IMG/VR virus record: IMGVR_UViG_2684622552_000004
Coordinates: 1-37,863 of that record
Source: a virus
Lineage: Duplodnaviria; Heunggongvirae; Uroviricota; Caudoviricetes
DNA: 37,863 bases
Direction: 5' to 3' (one strand)
The notes beneath the pieces are model-generated. The model ran no database searches and was not told the DNA's origin. It was given only the letters and a program-made list of their open reading frames with translations. The position numbers and the translations under genes were made by a program. Each line of letters starts with the position of its first letter. The stretch's first letter is position 1. Shown piece after piece: positions 22,568 through 30,326 of the stretch.

Positions 22568-22959
22568 GCGGCCTCCAGTAGCTCTGTAATCATTGGCAAA
22601 CTCCCGCATGTTTCAGTCACAACCAACACAAGCATTCCACCTTTAATCGCCTGATAGCGCTTGATGCGCATATCGTCTATCTGACCGTCATCCAGCCAGA
22701 AGCCCGCACTGGTGAGTGCGTCAAAAACGGCTTTGGGCAGATTGTCCAAATCTCGTTTGCGGTTATCTGGAGGTGCTGCGTGGATGGTTATTCTGATGCG
22801 AGGTGTGATTTTGATGTCTAGCTGTTGTTGCTGGATTAATTCGATTACTTCTTTTCGGTATCTCTTCCCCCGGTCGCTGATGTAGTGGATCCCTCTTGAG
22901 TGTCGCCAATATCGGTTGTTTGAAGGAGGCCACGGCAATTTTATTCGGTAAGTTTTCAT
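22564..22959 (-). CDS. rusA: Holliday-junction resolvase RusA
   Basis: LPWPPSNNRYWRH...RDLDNLPKAVFDALTSAGFWLDDGQIDD matches E. coli RusA (LPWPPSNNRYYRH...[26 protein letters not shown]). Confidence 0.85.
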   Translation of the reverse strand: MKTYRIKLPWPPSNNRYWRHSRGIHYISDRGKRYRKEVIELIQQQQLDIKITPRIRITIHAAPPDNRKRDLDNLPKAVFDALTSAGFWLDDGQIDDMRIKRYQAIKGGMLVLVVTETCGSLPMITELLEAA

Positions 22960-23246
22960 GACTTAATCTTCCCCTCCTTCAGCAGTATCGCCTGCGTTCT
23001 GATCACGCCTTCGAGGTGATAAAGTCTGGCGTCTTTGTTGTCGAGATTATGGGTGCGTCGGTCGATTTCATCGTGACACGCGCTACAAGCCCATGCGCCG
23101 ATCAGGTCGTCAGGCTTCATTCCAGTTCCGCAAATTCCAGCCATCCGGTAATGTGCCAGAACTGTAGTTTCAGGATTGCCATTGCATATGCCGTAAATAC
23201 GTACCTGGCATTCTCTGCCGCGCGCTTCTTTGCGTAGGTTAGCCAT
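22956..23246 (-). CDS. ybcO: YbcO-like protein (DUF1364)
   Basis: MANLRKEARGRECQVRIYGICNGNPETTVLAHYR...CSACHDEIDRRTH resembles DLP12 YbcO, which also sits just upstream of rusA. Confidence 0.75.
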   Translation of the reverse strand: MANLRKEARGRECQVRIYGICNGNPETTVLAHYRMAGICGTGMKPDDLIGAWACSACHDEIDRRTHNLDNKDARLYHLEGVIRTQAILLKEGKIKS

Positions 23247-23451
23247 TTATCTTCCCTCGCAATTGAAGAATTGACTGAAGGTCTTTTTTAATAAATATGC
23301 GAGTGCGAATTGAGCAGTAGTTTTCCTTCATTCTGGCGTAGTAATAGTCTTTTCTTTGCTTAAGCTTGTTGGCATCCGCTGTCATCCAGTCTTTTACAGC
23401 ATACTTAATTAACCAGCGGTGGCAGAGATACCATTTCAGGTAATCACTCAT
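23239..23451 (-). CDS. Hypothetical 70-aa protein
   Basis: ORF whose ATG overlaps the NinF stop (ATGAGTGA), suggesting translational coupling; no recognisable motif. Confidence 0.45.
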   Translation of the reverse strand: MSDYLKWYLCHRWLIKYAVKDWMTADANKLKQRKDYYYARMKENYCSIRTRIFIKKDLQSILQLRGKING

Positions 23452-23614
23452 CGTCTTCTTCCTCGTACATTAAGCTATTCGGATCGCTCATCAGTTCTGC
23501 GCAGCAGTGCTCACACACGTGAACTTCCAGCACATGCAGCTTCTGACCGCAGTTAGCGCACGTTAAAGCTCGCTCGACACTTCCTTGTTCGTAACTTCGA
23601 TTTGGGTCAATCAC
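23444..23614 (-). CDS. ninF: NinF-like small zinc-ribbon protein (GTG start)
   Basis: 56-aa frame below the ORF-track cutoff: ...[43 protein letters not shown], resembling lambda NinF. GTG overlaps the NinE stop (GTGA), SD GAGGAA upstream. Confidence 0.55.
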   Translation of the reverse strand: MIDPNRSYEQGSVERALTCANCGQKLHVLEVHVCEHCCAELMSDPNSLMYEEEDDE

Positions 23615-23793
23615 CTTGTTTTCCTCGCACGTTCTCTAAGCCACCGGATATCCCACAGGTGAGCCGTGTAATTGAAGGTTTTTACGTCAGATTCTTTTGG
23701 GATTGGCTTGCGTTTATTTCTGGAGCGTTTCGTTGGAAGGTATTTGCAGTTTTCGCAGATGATGTCGGTGAAACTTCGTCGCTGTCGTCTCAT
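23611..23793 (-). CDS. ninE: NinE
   Basis: [60 protein letters not shown] matches lambda NinE; ATG overlaps the NinB stop. Confidence 0.8.
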   Translation of the reverse strand: MRRQRRSFTDIICENCKYLPTKRSRNKRKPIPKESDVKTFNYTAHLWDIRWLRERARKTR

Positions 23794-24236
23794 GCCGCCC
23801 TCCCTTTTCGTTGTGACCATTCATACTCTCGCCGGGAGTCATCACTCCACCGCACGTTGCGCTCTGAGCCGAACCAAAACATGATTTCGATAAGCTCAGT
23901 CATGCTGGCCTTTCGCATTTTGCTGGTACGCACGCCAAGCATGACAACGCCACCGTCGATACCAGGAACACTTCGTTGCTCCAGTTTTTTGGTCTTAAGC
24001 CACAGGGCAGTGAACAGGTCTTTCCAGTCTTCCGGTGCAAGCCGTTGACCATGCCATAGCACCTGACGCGAAACATCGTTCAGCATCGGCCACATACGGT
24101 CATTCTGCGCTTTGCTGCGTTTGGGTTCTTTAAGGTGGACTTCGTGGGGTGACTTGTCGTCGATGGGAAGTGAGAGTATTGCGTCTATGGCGTTATTTCT
24201 GATTGCTTCGTTGCGAAGCATGTATATTTGCTTCAT
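23790..24236 (-). CDS. ninB: NinB (Orf-family recombination mediator)
   Basis: 148 aa with ...[22 protein letters not shown]...WKDLFTA...[10 protein letters not shown]...AA resembling lambda NinB (...LWACLGDVSRQVEWHGRWL...WSDEARLALEW...RAA). Confidence 0.8.
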   Translation of the reverse strand: MKQIYMLRNEAIRNNAIDAILSLPIDDKSPHEVHLKEPKRSKAQNDRMWPMLNDVSRQVLWHGQRLAPEDWKDLFTALWLKTKKLEQRSVPGIDGGVVMLGVRTSKMRKASMTELIEIMFWFGSERNVRWSDDSRREYEWSQRKGRAA

Positions 24237-24522
24237 CGAAATTCTTCTCTTTAATTCCAGCGGCTCTGATAGCTTTCATCACTGCAATTACCGTTTTGTC
24301 CTTCCCATCCTCATGCCCCATCGCATAAGCACCTTCTTCACCATCTTTCCAAAAGTCGTCATTCGATTCTGGCCAGTCGATATCCAGTTCAATAGCTGCT
24401 CGCGATGCCTGCCATGCCTCCCATGCAATCTCGACCTTGATGTGCATAATCTTCATCACGTCACTTGAAACGTGATATTTGTTTTTAAACCATTCTTCAA
24501 ACTGCTTTCTTGATTCGTCCAT
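24193..24522 (-). CDS. Hypothetical acidic protein
   Basis: About 109 aa from ATG 24522 (MDESRKQFEEWFKNKYH...), SD GGAGAGG upstream; no recognised domain. Confidence 0.45.
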   Translation of the reverse strand: MDESRKQFEEWFKNKYHVSSDVMKIMHIKVEIAWEAWQASRAAIELDIDWPESNDDFWKDGEEGAYAMGHEDGKDKTVIAVMKAIRAAGIKEKNFDEANIHASQRSNQK

Positions 24523-24533
24523 ATTCCTCTCCA

Positions 24534-24743
24534 TCACCGCTTGAACCAGGTGAAATTAGTAAACTGTGACATGCTTATGCCCATCAGACGCTTAAGCACC
24601 CTGTCTCGCGGGCTTCTCTTTGGCTTAGGCCTGCGATTGTATCGCTCTATAATCGGAAGTCTTGAGGCTTTCCAGTAGCGATAATGCCGTGCGCCTGACT
24701 CTTCCAGGTCTGCATTAATCAATTGAGCCAATGTACTCATCAT
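24534..24743 (-). CDS. Hypothetical basic protein
   Basis: About 69 aa from tandem ATGs at 24743/24740 (MMSTLAQLINADLEESGARHYRYW...), SD GGAGAGGA upstream; Arg/Lys-rich. Confidence 0.45.
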   Translation of the reverse strand: MMSTLAQLINADLEESGARHYRYWKASRLPIIERYNRRPKPKRSPRDRVLKRLMGISMSQFTNFTWFKR

Positions 24744-24807
24744 TCCTCTCCAACAGCGTGCTGGGTTGTTAGTTAAGTGGCGTAAACGTGTAATCTTCAT
24801 CGTTACC

Positions 24808-25014
24808 TCAACTCACAAAACGCCACGCCATTTTTGCTACAGCGACAGGCGCAACACCGATAATCACCCACATGAGAATGCTACCGAAAAGCACACCCAC
24901 CATGTCTTTACCTTCGCCTACCAACCGGACAAAACTGCTGGCAACCACAATGAACGTCGCCACCATCCACATAGCACCGAGAATCCTCAATGCAGAAAAA
25001 ATCAACTCAACCAC
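24808..25014 (-). CDS. Small membrane protein (2 predicted TM helices)
   Basis: 68 aa, hydrophobic throughout (MVELIFSALRILGAMWMVATFIVVASSF...VLFGSILMWVIIGVAPVAVA); GTG start preceded by strong SD GGGGGAGGG. Confidence 0.5.
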   Translation of the reverse strand: MVELIFSALRILGAMWMVATFIVVASSFVRLVGEGKDMVGVLFGSILMWVIIGVAPVAVAKMAWRFVS

Positions 25015-25090
25015 GATTTACCCTCCCCCAAATAAAAAGGCCTGCGATTACCAGCAGGCCTGTTATTAGCTCAGTGATGTAGATGGTCAT
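25007..25090 (-). CDS. 27-aa hydrophobic peptide, translationally coupled to helicase gene
   Basis: MTIYITELITGLLVIAGLFIWGRVNRG; ATG overlaps the helicase stop (TGATG). SD AAGGAGGA is formed by the last helicase codons (KKKGGF). Below the ORF-track size cutoff. Confidence 0.35.
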   Translation of the reverse strand: MTIYITELITGLLVIAGLFIWGRVNRG

Positions 25091-26526
25091 CAGAATCCTC
25101 CTTTCTTCTTGGACTGCGGTTCCTCGCGTTCACGGCGGCGCATTTCAGCAGACTGTTGGTCTGTGTCATAAATAGCGCCATTTGCCTGAATGCAATACAC
25201 CGTGCCGGTATTGCCATGACGATTGAGACGAAGGATTAGTTCGGTTTCACCAGGTGGAACACTGTCATCAAAAGCACCTTCACGATGGATCCCCACCCAA
25301 TAATCGCAATCCTGCTCAATCTGCCCTGTATCTCGTGAGTCACTTGGTAGTGGGCGTTTATTGGTTCGGCTTTCCAGTGCGCGGTTAAGCTGCGTCAGAA
25401 GCACAACAACGCAATCAAGCTCTTTGGCAAGGTTCTTCAGTCCTTTGGTGATCATGCCGTAAGCAAGGTCGTTGCGATCGGCCTTCTCAGCGGTCATTAG
25501 TGTCAGGTAATCGACCAGAATCATGCCAACACATCCTTTTTCTCGCTTGATTCGACGGCTTTCGCTGACGATTTGAGCCAGAGATAATCCCGGCGTGTCG
25601 TCGATGTAAAGCATGTCGATTTCACTCAAGCGATTGGCTGTTTCGATCGCCCTGTTGAAGTCACCATCGTAATCACCCTGATAGCCGTCATCAGCGTCAT
25701 TTGTCGCCGGAAGGTAAAAAATATTCGGGTTAACACCTGACTTCTGTCCTACCAGTTTTTCCAGTATCTGGTCACCGGGCATTTCAAGGCTGAACATCAG
25801 AGCGGGCTTTTTCTCATGCACTGCGCAGTTGATTGCCATCTGGCTGTATAGCGTCGTTTTCCCCATCTTAGGGCGAGCGCCAATGACAAACAGAGAGCCT
25901 TTCACCAGACCTTTCGGTGACAGCATCCTGTCCAGCGATGGGATCCCGGTGCTCATTCCTCGTTGTTCGCCTGACGGGTCAAATCGCTTCTCAAGGTCGC
26001 TAACCCAGTCTTCCATGACCTCACCAAATGAGCGAAGGCCGCGACGCGATCCGGTTTTTGCATGGTCTGTCAGTTGCGTGAAAATCGACTGAATAGCTTC
26101 GTACTTCTGCGTTGCAGTCATTCCGTTGCGGGAATAGAGCAATTCCGTCGCTTCAGTCATGCGGTTGATGGCGTAGCGTTCCATTGCGGTTTCACGAACC
26201 TGCATTGCATAGGCAACGATGTTTGCTGCGCTTGGCGTGTTCTTTGCGATCTCAGCGATATAAGCAAAACCGCCAATAGACGCCGTTAACGATTTACGCT
26301 CCAGTTCATCGAAAAGCGTCAGGCCATCTACTGGCTTTTGCTCCCGGTGCATTCTGGTTATCTCTTCGAAAAGGATTTTGTGTGGTCGGCTGTAAAATGA
26401 ATCAGGCTTCAGCATCGCCAGAACTTTCTGGACGCGCTCACTGCTGTCATCATCCAGAAGCAATCCACCAATCACTGCCTGCTCTGCCTCGATGCTATTG
26501 GGCGGCGCATAAAAATTATCGGTCAT
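25090..26526 (-). CDS. Replicative DNA helicase, DnaB family (P22 gene 12-like)
   Basis: Walker A GARPKMGKTT, DnaB-like ...FSLEMPGDQILEKL... and C-terminal RecA-like motifs; start at ATG 26526 with SD GAGGGTG. Confidence 0.9.
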   Translation of the reverse strand: MTDNFYAPPNSIEAEQAVIGGLLLDDDSSERVQKVLAMLKPDSFYSRPHKILFEEITRMHREQKPVDGLTLFDELERKSLTASIGGFAYIAEIAKNTPSAANIVAYAMQVRETAMERYAINRMTEATELLYSRNGMTATQKYEAIQSIFTQLTDHAKTGSRRGLRSFGEVMEDWVSDLEKRFDPSGEQRGMSTGIPSLDRMLSPKGLVKGSLFVIGARPKMGKTTLYSQMAINCAVHEKKPALMFSLEMPGDQILEKLVGQKSGVNPNIFYLPATNDADDGYQGDYDGDFNRAIETANRLSEIDMLYIDDTPGLSLAQIVSESRRIKREKGCVGMILVDYLTLMTAEKADRNDLAYGMITKGLKNLAKELDCVVVLLTQLNRALESRTNKRPLPSDSRDTGQIEQDCDYWVGIHREGAFDDSVPPGETELILRLNRHGNTGTVYCIQANGAIYDTDQQSAEMRRREREEPQSKKKGGF

Positions 26527-27406
26527 CGTGTTCACCCTCACGAACTTTCAGGTAGGTATTGTCGTTAAGCAGGAAATCAAATCCCTTTTTGTGCCAGACG
26601 GTTCCACGTTGATGGTTTGGACGCTCTTCGAACATCCATCGGCAATTTTCGCCTACGTAGCTCAAATAATTTCTCCAGTCCTGCATCGTGAACCCATGCC
26701 CGTCAAGCTGGCGGGTTATCACTCCGGCTTTGCGCCAGAACGTTCGGATCTGGTTTTTACGCTTGTCATTCAGTGCGCGGATTTTTGGCGCTTCAGGAAG
26801 GATTTCGTGGTAAGCATCGACAACATCCTGACAGCTAACGGAAGGTTTTTTCTTGTCAGACTTTTTGTCTGCTGCGGTACTCTCTAATACGTCAGTATTA
26901 GAGATATTATTTATATTATTGTTTATGGACAACCGTTGGACAACCGTTGGACAATCTCCGCTGAGAGCCGCGCCATTACTGGTGTTTGCGTTGGACAACC
27001 GTTGGACACCCGTTGGACAATTTTTTGTCTGAAAATCGTCATATTTAACGATTGTAAACAGGCTAAATTTCTTCCCCATCGAGCAAATATTAAGCATCCC
27101 TTTCGACTCAAAAGTCCGCAATAAGCTCCGAACTTTGTTGTCGGGGATGAATGTTTCTCTGACCAGCGACGGGCGTCCAGTTATCATCTGACCGCGATCA
27201 ACAGTTATCGGACCGATATCCGTATTGACGACAGTAGATTCGTGATTAGCCTTGAGGATTAAGTGAAGCCAAAGATGTACTGCCTGAGAGTCCTTATAGA
27301 GCCTGCTGTCCATAAACTGGCGGTGTATAGAGACATACCCCATACTGGATGCCTCCTGATGTTGTACAGGGTTATGCCTGTAATCAGCTAACTTAACGAC
27401 GCCCAT
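26516..27406 (-). CDS. Replication initiation protein (lambda O / P22 gene 18-like)
   Basis: Position between cII and helicase; the gene contains direct-repeat iterons plus an AT-rich tract, as lambda O contains ori. Start ambiguous (27406 or 27343, both with good SD). Confidence 0.75.
   Translation of the reverse strand: MGVVKLADYRHNPVQHQEASSMGYVSIHRQFMDSRLYKDSQAVHLWLHLILKANHESTVVNTDIGPITVDRGQMITGRPSLVRETFIPDNKVRSLLRTFESKGMLNICSMGKKFSLFTIVKYDDFQTKNCPTGVQRLSNANTSNGAALSGDCPTVVQRLSINNNINNISNTDVLESTAADKKSDKKKPSVSCQDVVDAYHEILPEAPKIRALNDKRKNQIRTFWRKAGVITRQLDGHGFTMQDWRNYLSYVGENCRWMFEERPNHQRGTVWHKKGFDFLLNDNTYLKVREGEHDDR
26922..27075. repeat. Putative replication origin: 11-bp iterons CCGTTGGACAA plus AT-rich region
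   Basis: Copies at 26933-26943 and 26944-26954 (perfect, tandem), 26988-26998 and 26999-27009 (one mismatch each), 27010-27020 (perfect), partial copy at 26926-26932; followed by TTTTTTGTCTGAAAATCGTCATATTTAACGATTGTAAACA. Confidence 0.7.
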
Positions 27407-27554
27407 GTTTCACTCCTGCTTTGGCTAGTCTGTAAACACCAACAAGGCGCTCTGCGAACGCCCTGTTATTTGCTGCGGCTACCACTAATCCCTCAGGTGA
27501 ATCAGGGTGTCGAATCTCTTCTTTTTCCTGGTATTTCTTACGACGTTTTGTCAT
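27393..27554 (-). CDS. Candidate 53-aa basic protein in the cII-O intergenic region
   Basis: MTKRRKKYQEKEEIRHPDSPEGLVVAAANNRAFAERLVGVYRLAKAGVKHGRR; SD AGGAG 5 nt upstream of ATG. Below the ORF-track cutoff; could be fortuitous. Confidence 0.3.
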   Translation of the reverse strand: MTKRRKKYQEKEEIRHPDSPEGLVVAAANNRAFAERLVGVYRLAKAGVKHGRR

Positions 27555-27588
27555 AATTACTCCTGTGGATTGATCCAGTCTTTCTACA

Positions 27589-27867
27589 TCAGGCCTCGAA
27601 GAATTCGCCGTTCTTCGGGGCTTTTTCTTTTGTCAGCATTCTGGCTACTTGCTTAGCCAGTTCCGCCAACTCCTCGTCTTCAACACCCCATTCCAGCACA
27701 GCCAGAAGCATGGCCATCTTTGGGATAAAGCTGTCTTTCCATCGCGAAATTTGCGATTCATTGATCCCTAATGCATCAGCAACCTTTCGCTGACCACGTA
27801 CAGCAATTCGATTTAGGATGTTGCTTGTAATTGCATTCGCTTTCTTGCGAGTACTTGTAAGTTGCAT
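27589..27867 (-). CDS. cII: Transcriptional activator cII
   Basis: ...ADALGINESQISRWKDSFIPKMAMLLAVLEWGVEDEE... matches lambda cII (...SQISRWKRDWIPKFSMLLAVLEWGV...); start at internal ATG 27867. Confidence 0.85.
   Translation of the reverse strand: MQLTSTRKKANAITSNILNRIAVRGQRKVADALGINESQISRWKDSFIPKMAMLLAVLEWGVEDEELAELAKQVARMLTKEKAPKNGEFFEA
27597..27631 (+). terminator. Intrinsic terminator antisense to the cII 3' end (oop-like RNA terminator)
   Basis: Plus-strand CGAAGAA-TTCGCCG-TTCTTCG hairpin followed by GGGCTTTTTCTTTT, inside the cII coding region reading antisense, the arrangement of lambda oop. Confidence 0.45.
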
Positions 27868-27926
27868 ATGTAAGTATTTCCTTAACAAATAAGAAGTTAT
27901 GCGCACCAACTGATGCGCGTTGTATT

Positions 27927-27969
27927 CCCGCATTTCGGCGGGAATGAGGACCATGACTGTTAAAGAGCG
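27927..27969 (-). promoter_or_regulatory. nutR (boxA + boxB)
   Basis: Minus strand boxA CGCTCTTTAACA (27958-27969), then 15 nt, then boxB hairpin CCCGC-CGAAAT-GCGGG (27927-27942), between cro and cII. Confidence 0.6.
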
Positions 27970-27975
27970 GTGTTA

Positions 27976-28170
27976 CTATTTGTTTTTCTTGTTGCTTGGG
28001 AAAGGACGAACTTCCTCTCCAATCACACTGCCATCAGGCTTTACCGTAACCATAATGTTACGGCCTGCCAGAATGGCCTTGCTGATAGCGCACTGGATTA
28101 CACCAAAGTCACTGGCTGCTTTAGCCTGTCCATGGATTTTGGCGTAATCGGCAAGTGTCATTCGAATCAT
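27976..28170 (-). CDS. cro: Cro repressor
   Basis: [64 protein letters not shown] resembles lambda Cro (...[59 protein letters not shown]); start ATG 28170 with SD GGAGAG. Confidence 0.85.
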   Translation of the reverse strand: MIRMTLADYAKIHGQAKAASDFGVIQCAISKAILAGRNIMVTVKPDGSVIGEEVRPFPSNKKNK

Positions 28171-28199
28171 ATGCACTCTCCGTTATTAACCATGAACAA

Positions 28200-28270
28200 A
28201 GAATACTACAGGTATTCAAAGCAATCAATACTCAGGGTATTTTTAGTTTAAGTACCTTAGCTATTAGAAT
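28200..28270. promoter_or_regulatory. Right operator region (three sites) with divergent pR / pRM
   Basis: Sites AATACTACAGGTATT (28202-28216), AATACTCAGGGTATT (28227-28241) and weaker AGTACCTTAGCTATT (28251-28265), spaced 24-25 bp. Minus-strand pR: -35 TTGATT, 17 bp, -10 TATTCT. Plus-strand pRM -10 TAGAAT just before a near-leaderless cI ATG. Confidence 0.55.
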
Positions 28271-28276
28271 TAAGCT

Positions 28277-28993
28277 ATGGAAAATAAAAAATCACTGACG
28301 ACAGAACAGCTCGAAGACGCTAAGCGGCTTAAGGCTTTGTATGAGTCAAAAAAGAAAGAATTGGGAATAACCCAATACTCAATCGCTGATGAACTGGGTA
28401 TCACCCAAGGAGCGGTAGGGCATTATCTTAATGGCAGAAACGCGCTAAACGTTGAGGTTGCATCTGGTTTTGCACGACTGTTGCAAGTCTCAATTGCTGA
28501 TTTTAGCCAGTCAATTGCTGCCAAGGTTGCAGAACAGGCAGAAAGCCTTAAGAGCGATGCCAACGTAAGGTATGCAGGGGAATACAGAGCAGGAAAGAGG
28601 TATCCGGTGTTAAGCAGTATCCAGGCTGGCTCGTGGTGTGAAGCATGCGAACCATACACCATTAAAGACATAGATGTTTGGCTTGAGTCTGACGCGCATA
28701 TTCAAGGTAATGCGTTTTGGCTTAAAGTGGAAGGTGATTCAATGACGGCACCGGTTGGGTTAAGCATTCCAGAGGGAACATTCGTTCTTTTCGATACCGG
28801 AAGGGAGGCGATCAACGGCAGCTTGGTCATAGCAAAACTTTCTGACTCTAACGAAGCAACATTCAAGAAGCTGATAATCGACGGCGGAAATAAATACCTC
28901 AAGGGACTTAATCCTGCATGGCCTCTCGTGCCAATCAATGGAAACTGCAAGATTATAGGCGTTGCAATTGAGACAAAACTAAGGCTGGTTTGA
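28277..28993 (+). CDS. cI: cI-type repressor (HTH plus S24 LexA-like autopeptidase domain)
   Basis: N-terminal HTH (QYSIADELGITQGAVGHYLNG), C-terminal S24 domain with GDSM serine motif and conserved Lys (FKKL); divergent from cro across the operator region. Confidence 0.9.
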   Translation: MENKKSLTTEQLEDAKRLKALYESKKKELGITQYSIADELGITQGAVGHYLNGRNALNVEVASGFARLLQVSIADFSQSIAAKVAEQAESLKSDANVRYAGEYRAGKRYPVLSSIQAGSWCEACEPYTIKDIDVWLESDAHIQGNAFWLKVEGDSMTAPVGLSIPEGTFVLFDTGREAINGSLVIAKLSDSNEATFKKLIIDGGNKYLKGLNPAWPLVPINGNCKIIGVAIETKLRLV

Positions 28994-29010
28994 TCACGCA
29001 AGGGGCGCTT

Positions 29011-29379
29011 ATGGTTGGAACCGCTATAGCAAGCTTTTTTGGGATGTTGGCAATCTCGACAATTTACGGCTTAGCGCATGCTTTTATTGCGAAATCTCTA
29101 TCAGAAAAAATAAGCCAGGCTTGGGCGCATAGATCAGCTCGTTTCATGATTCTTGTGATCATAGCAATACAAGGGATATCTGCATTTATCCTCTATGGAT
29201 CAAGCTTATACCTATTGTATCAAGGCGCGACATTTACGCCTTACACCAGTGATTACGGAACTCTATACGATGGTAGTGAAGACATCACTGTGGCTTGGAT
29301 CGTCTTTGGTTTATCTATGGCCGTGTCTGTTGTAGCAGACATCATTAAGGTAATTCTCGTCTTAACCTTCGCTGACTAA
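29011..29379 (+). CDS. Small membrane protein co-transcribed with cI (rex position)
   Basis: About 122 aa from ATG 29011 (SD AAGGGG), three predicted TM helices, AT-rich. Begins 18 nt after the cI stop and precedes OL/pL. Confidence 0.6.
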   Translation: MVGTAIASFFGMLAISTIYGLAHAFIAKSLSEKISQAWAHRSARFMILVIIAIQGISAFILYGSSLYLLYQGATFTPYTSDYGTLYDGSEDITVAWIVFGLSMAVSVVADIIKVILVLTFAD

Positions 29380-29466
29380 CCTATAATCCCGGCAGCAATA
29401 GCTATCGGGATCCACTTCACATATCCCGCATAAAAAGCACTGAACAAGTAGACACCGAAAAAAATA

Positions 29467-29553
29467 AATATCCTTTGTATTCATTTGCTTATCATTATTT
29501 CATCAAAAATAAATACCTTGGGTATTTACACAATAAAATACCTACAGTATTCT
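29467..29553 (+). promoter_or_regulatory. Left operator sites and putative pL
   Basis: Sites AATATCCTTTGTATT (29467-29481), AATACCTTGGGTATT (29512-29526), AATACCTACAGTATT (29537-29551). pL candidate -35 TTTACA (29525-29530), 17 bp, -10 TATTCT (29548-29553) overlapping the last two sites. Confidence 0.5.
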
Positions 29554-29598
29554 TTAGCCATCAGCAGGACGCTGGTAGCCAAACGGAACAGATTGGCA

Positions 29599-29639
29599 GG
29601 CTCTTTAACATTGATGGGATTGTCCCGCCGAAATGCGGG
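29599..29639 (+). promoter_or_regulatory. nutL (boxA + boxB)
   Basis: boxA GGCTCTTTAACA (29599-29610), then 13 nt, then boxB hairpin CCCGC-CGAAAT-GCGGG (29624-29639). The boxB is identical to the nutR copy. Confidence 0.6.
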
Positions 29640-29747
29640 AACCAAAGAGTAGTTGGCTTTGGGGTGATGTGAAGTGCAGCTGCACGACGGCAACCGGAAG
29701 ATAAGCACCCGGCGCGTCACCGCCAAAGTCAATCATCGGAGGTCAAC

Positions 29748-30047
29748 ATGACAGTAGTCATTACATATCTGGCTGACGATAACACCAGAAATCGCCGCAG
29801 AGCACGCAGACAGGCTCAACGTGAACAGGCAATGCAAGAACAGCGACTGGCGCGAAAGATTGCGCTAAAGCTCTCTGGTTGCGTCAGAGCAGATAAAGCA
29901 GCATCACTCGGAAGCCTTCGCTGCAAGAAGGCAGAAGAAGTCGAGCGTAAACAGAACCGTATTTACTACAGCAAGCCACGTAGTGAAATGGGTGTGACTT
30001 GTGTTGGTCGCCAGAAAATGAAATTAGGCAGCAAACCACTTATTTGA
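29748..30047 (+). CDS. N: Antitermination protein N
   Basis: Arg-rich N-terminus NTRNRRRARRQAQREQ and C-terminus RIYYSKPRSEMGVTCVGRQKMKLGSKPLI resembling lambda N (RTWYSKPGERGITCSGRQKIKGKSIPLI); SD GGAGG. Confidence 0.85.
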   Translation: MTVVITYLADDNTRNRRRARRQAQREQAMQEQRLARKIALKLSGCVRADKAASLGSLRCKKAEEVERKQNRIYYSKPRSEMGVTCVGRQKMKLGSKPLI

Positions 30048-30055
30048 GGTGAGAT

Positions 30056-30142
30056 ATGGAAGAAGAATTTGAAGAGTTCGAAGAGCATCCGCAGGATGTG
30101 ATGGAACAATACCAGGACTATCCTTATGACTACGACTATTGA
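30056..30142 (+). CDS. Candidate 28-aa acidic peptide
   Basis: MEEEFEEFEEHPQDVMEQYQDYPYDYDY with SD GAGGTGA; overlaps the ral start. Below the ORF-track cutoff; speculative. Confidence 0.2.
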   Translation: MEEEFEEFEEHPQDVMEQYQDYPYDYDY

Positions 30143-30326
30143 TAAGAATCAATGGTGTGGACAATTCAAGCGATGCAATGGATGCAAGCTGCAATCGGAA
30201 TGCATGGTTAAGCCTGAAGAAATGTTTCCTGTAATGGAAGATGGGAAATATGTCGATAAATGGGCAATACGCACGACGGCAATGATTGCCAGAGAACTTG
30301 GTAAACAGAACAACAAGGCTGCCTGA
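30126..30326 (+). CDS. ral: Restriction alleviation protein Ral
   Basis: 66 aa, MTTTIDKNQWCGQFKRCNGCKLQSEC...; size, Cys pattern and position right after N match lambda Ral (sequence recalled, not searched). Confidence 0.65.
   Translation: MTTTIDKNQWCGQFKRCNGCKLQSECMVKPEEMFPVMEDGKYVDKWAIRTTAMIARELGKQNNKAA

Noticed and set aside
28423-29001. Antisense ORFs within cI (28423..28671, 28702..29001)
   Set aside because: They overlap a repressor gene with clear HTH and S24 domains; no supporting signals.
29380-29460. Hairpin ATCCCG-N14-CGGGAT after the cI-linked membrane gene as the immunity-operon terminator
   Set aside because: Perfect 6-bp stem but no downstream U-tract; cannot call an intrinsic terminator from sequence alone.
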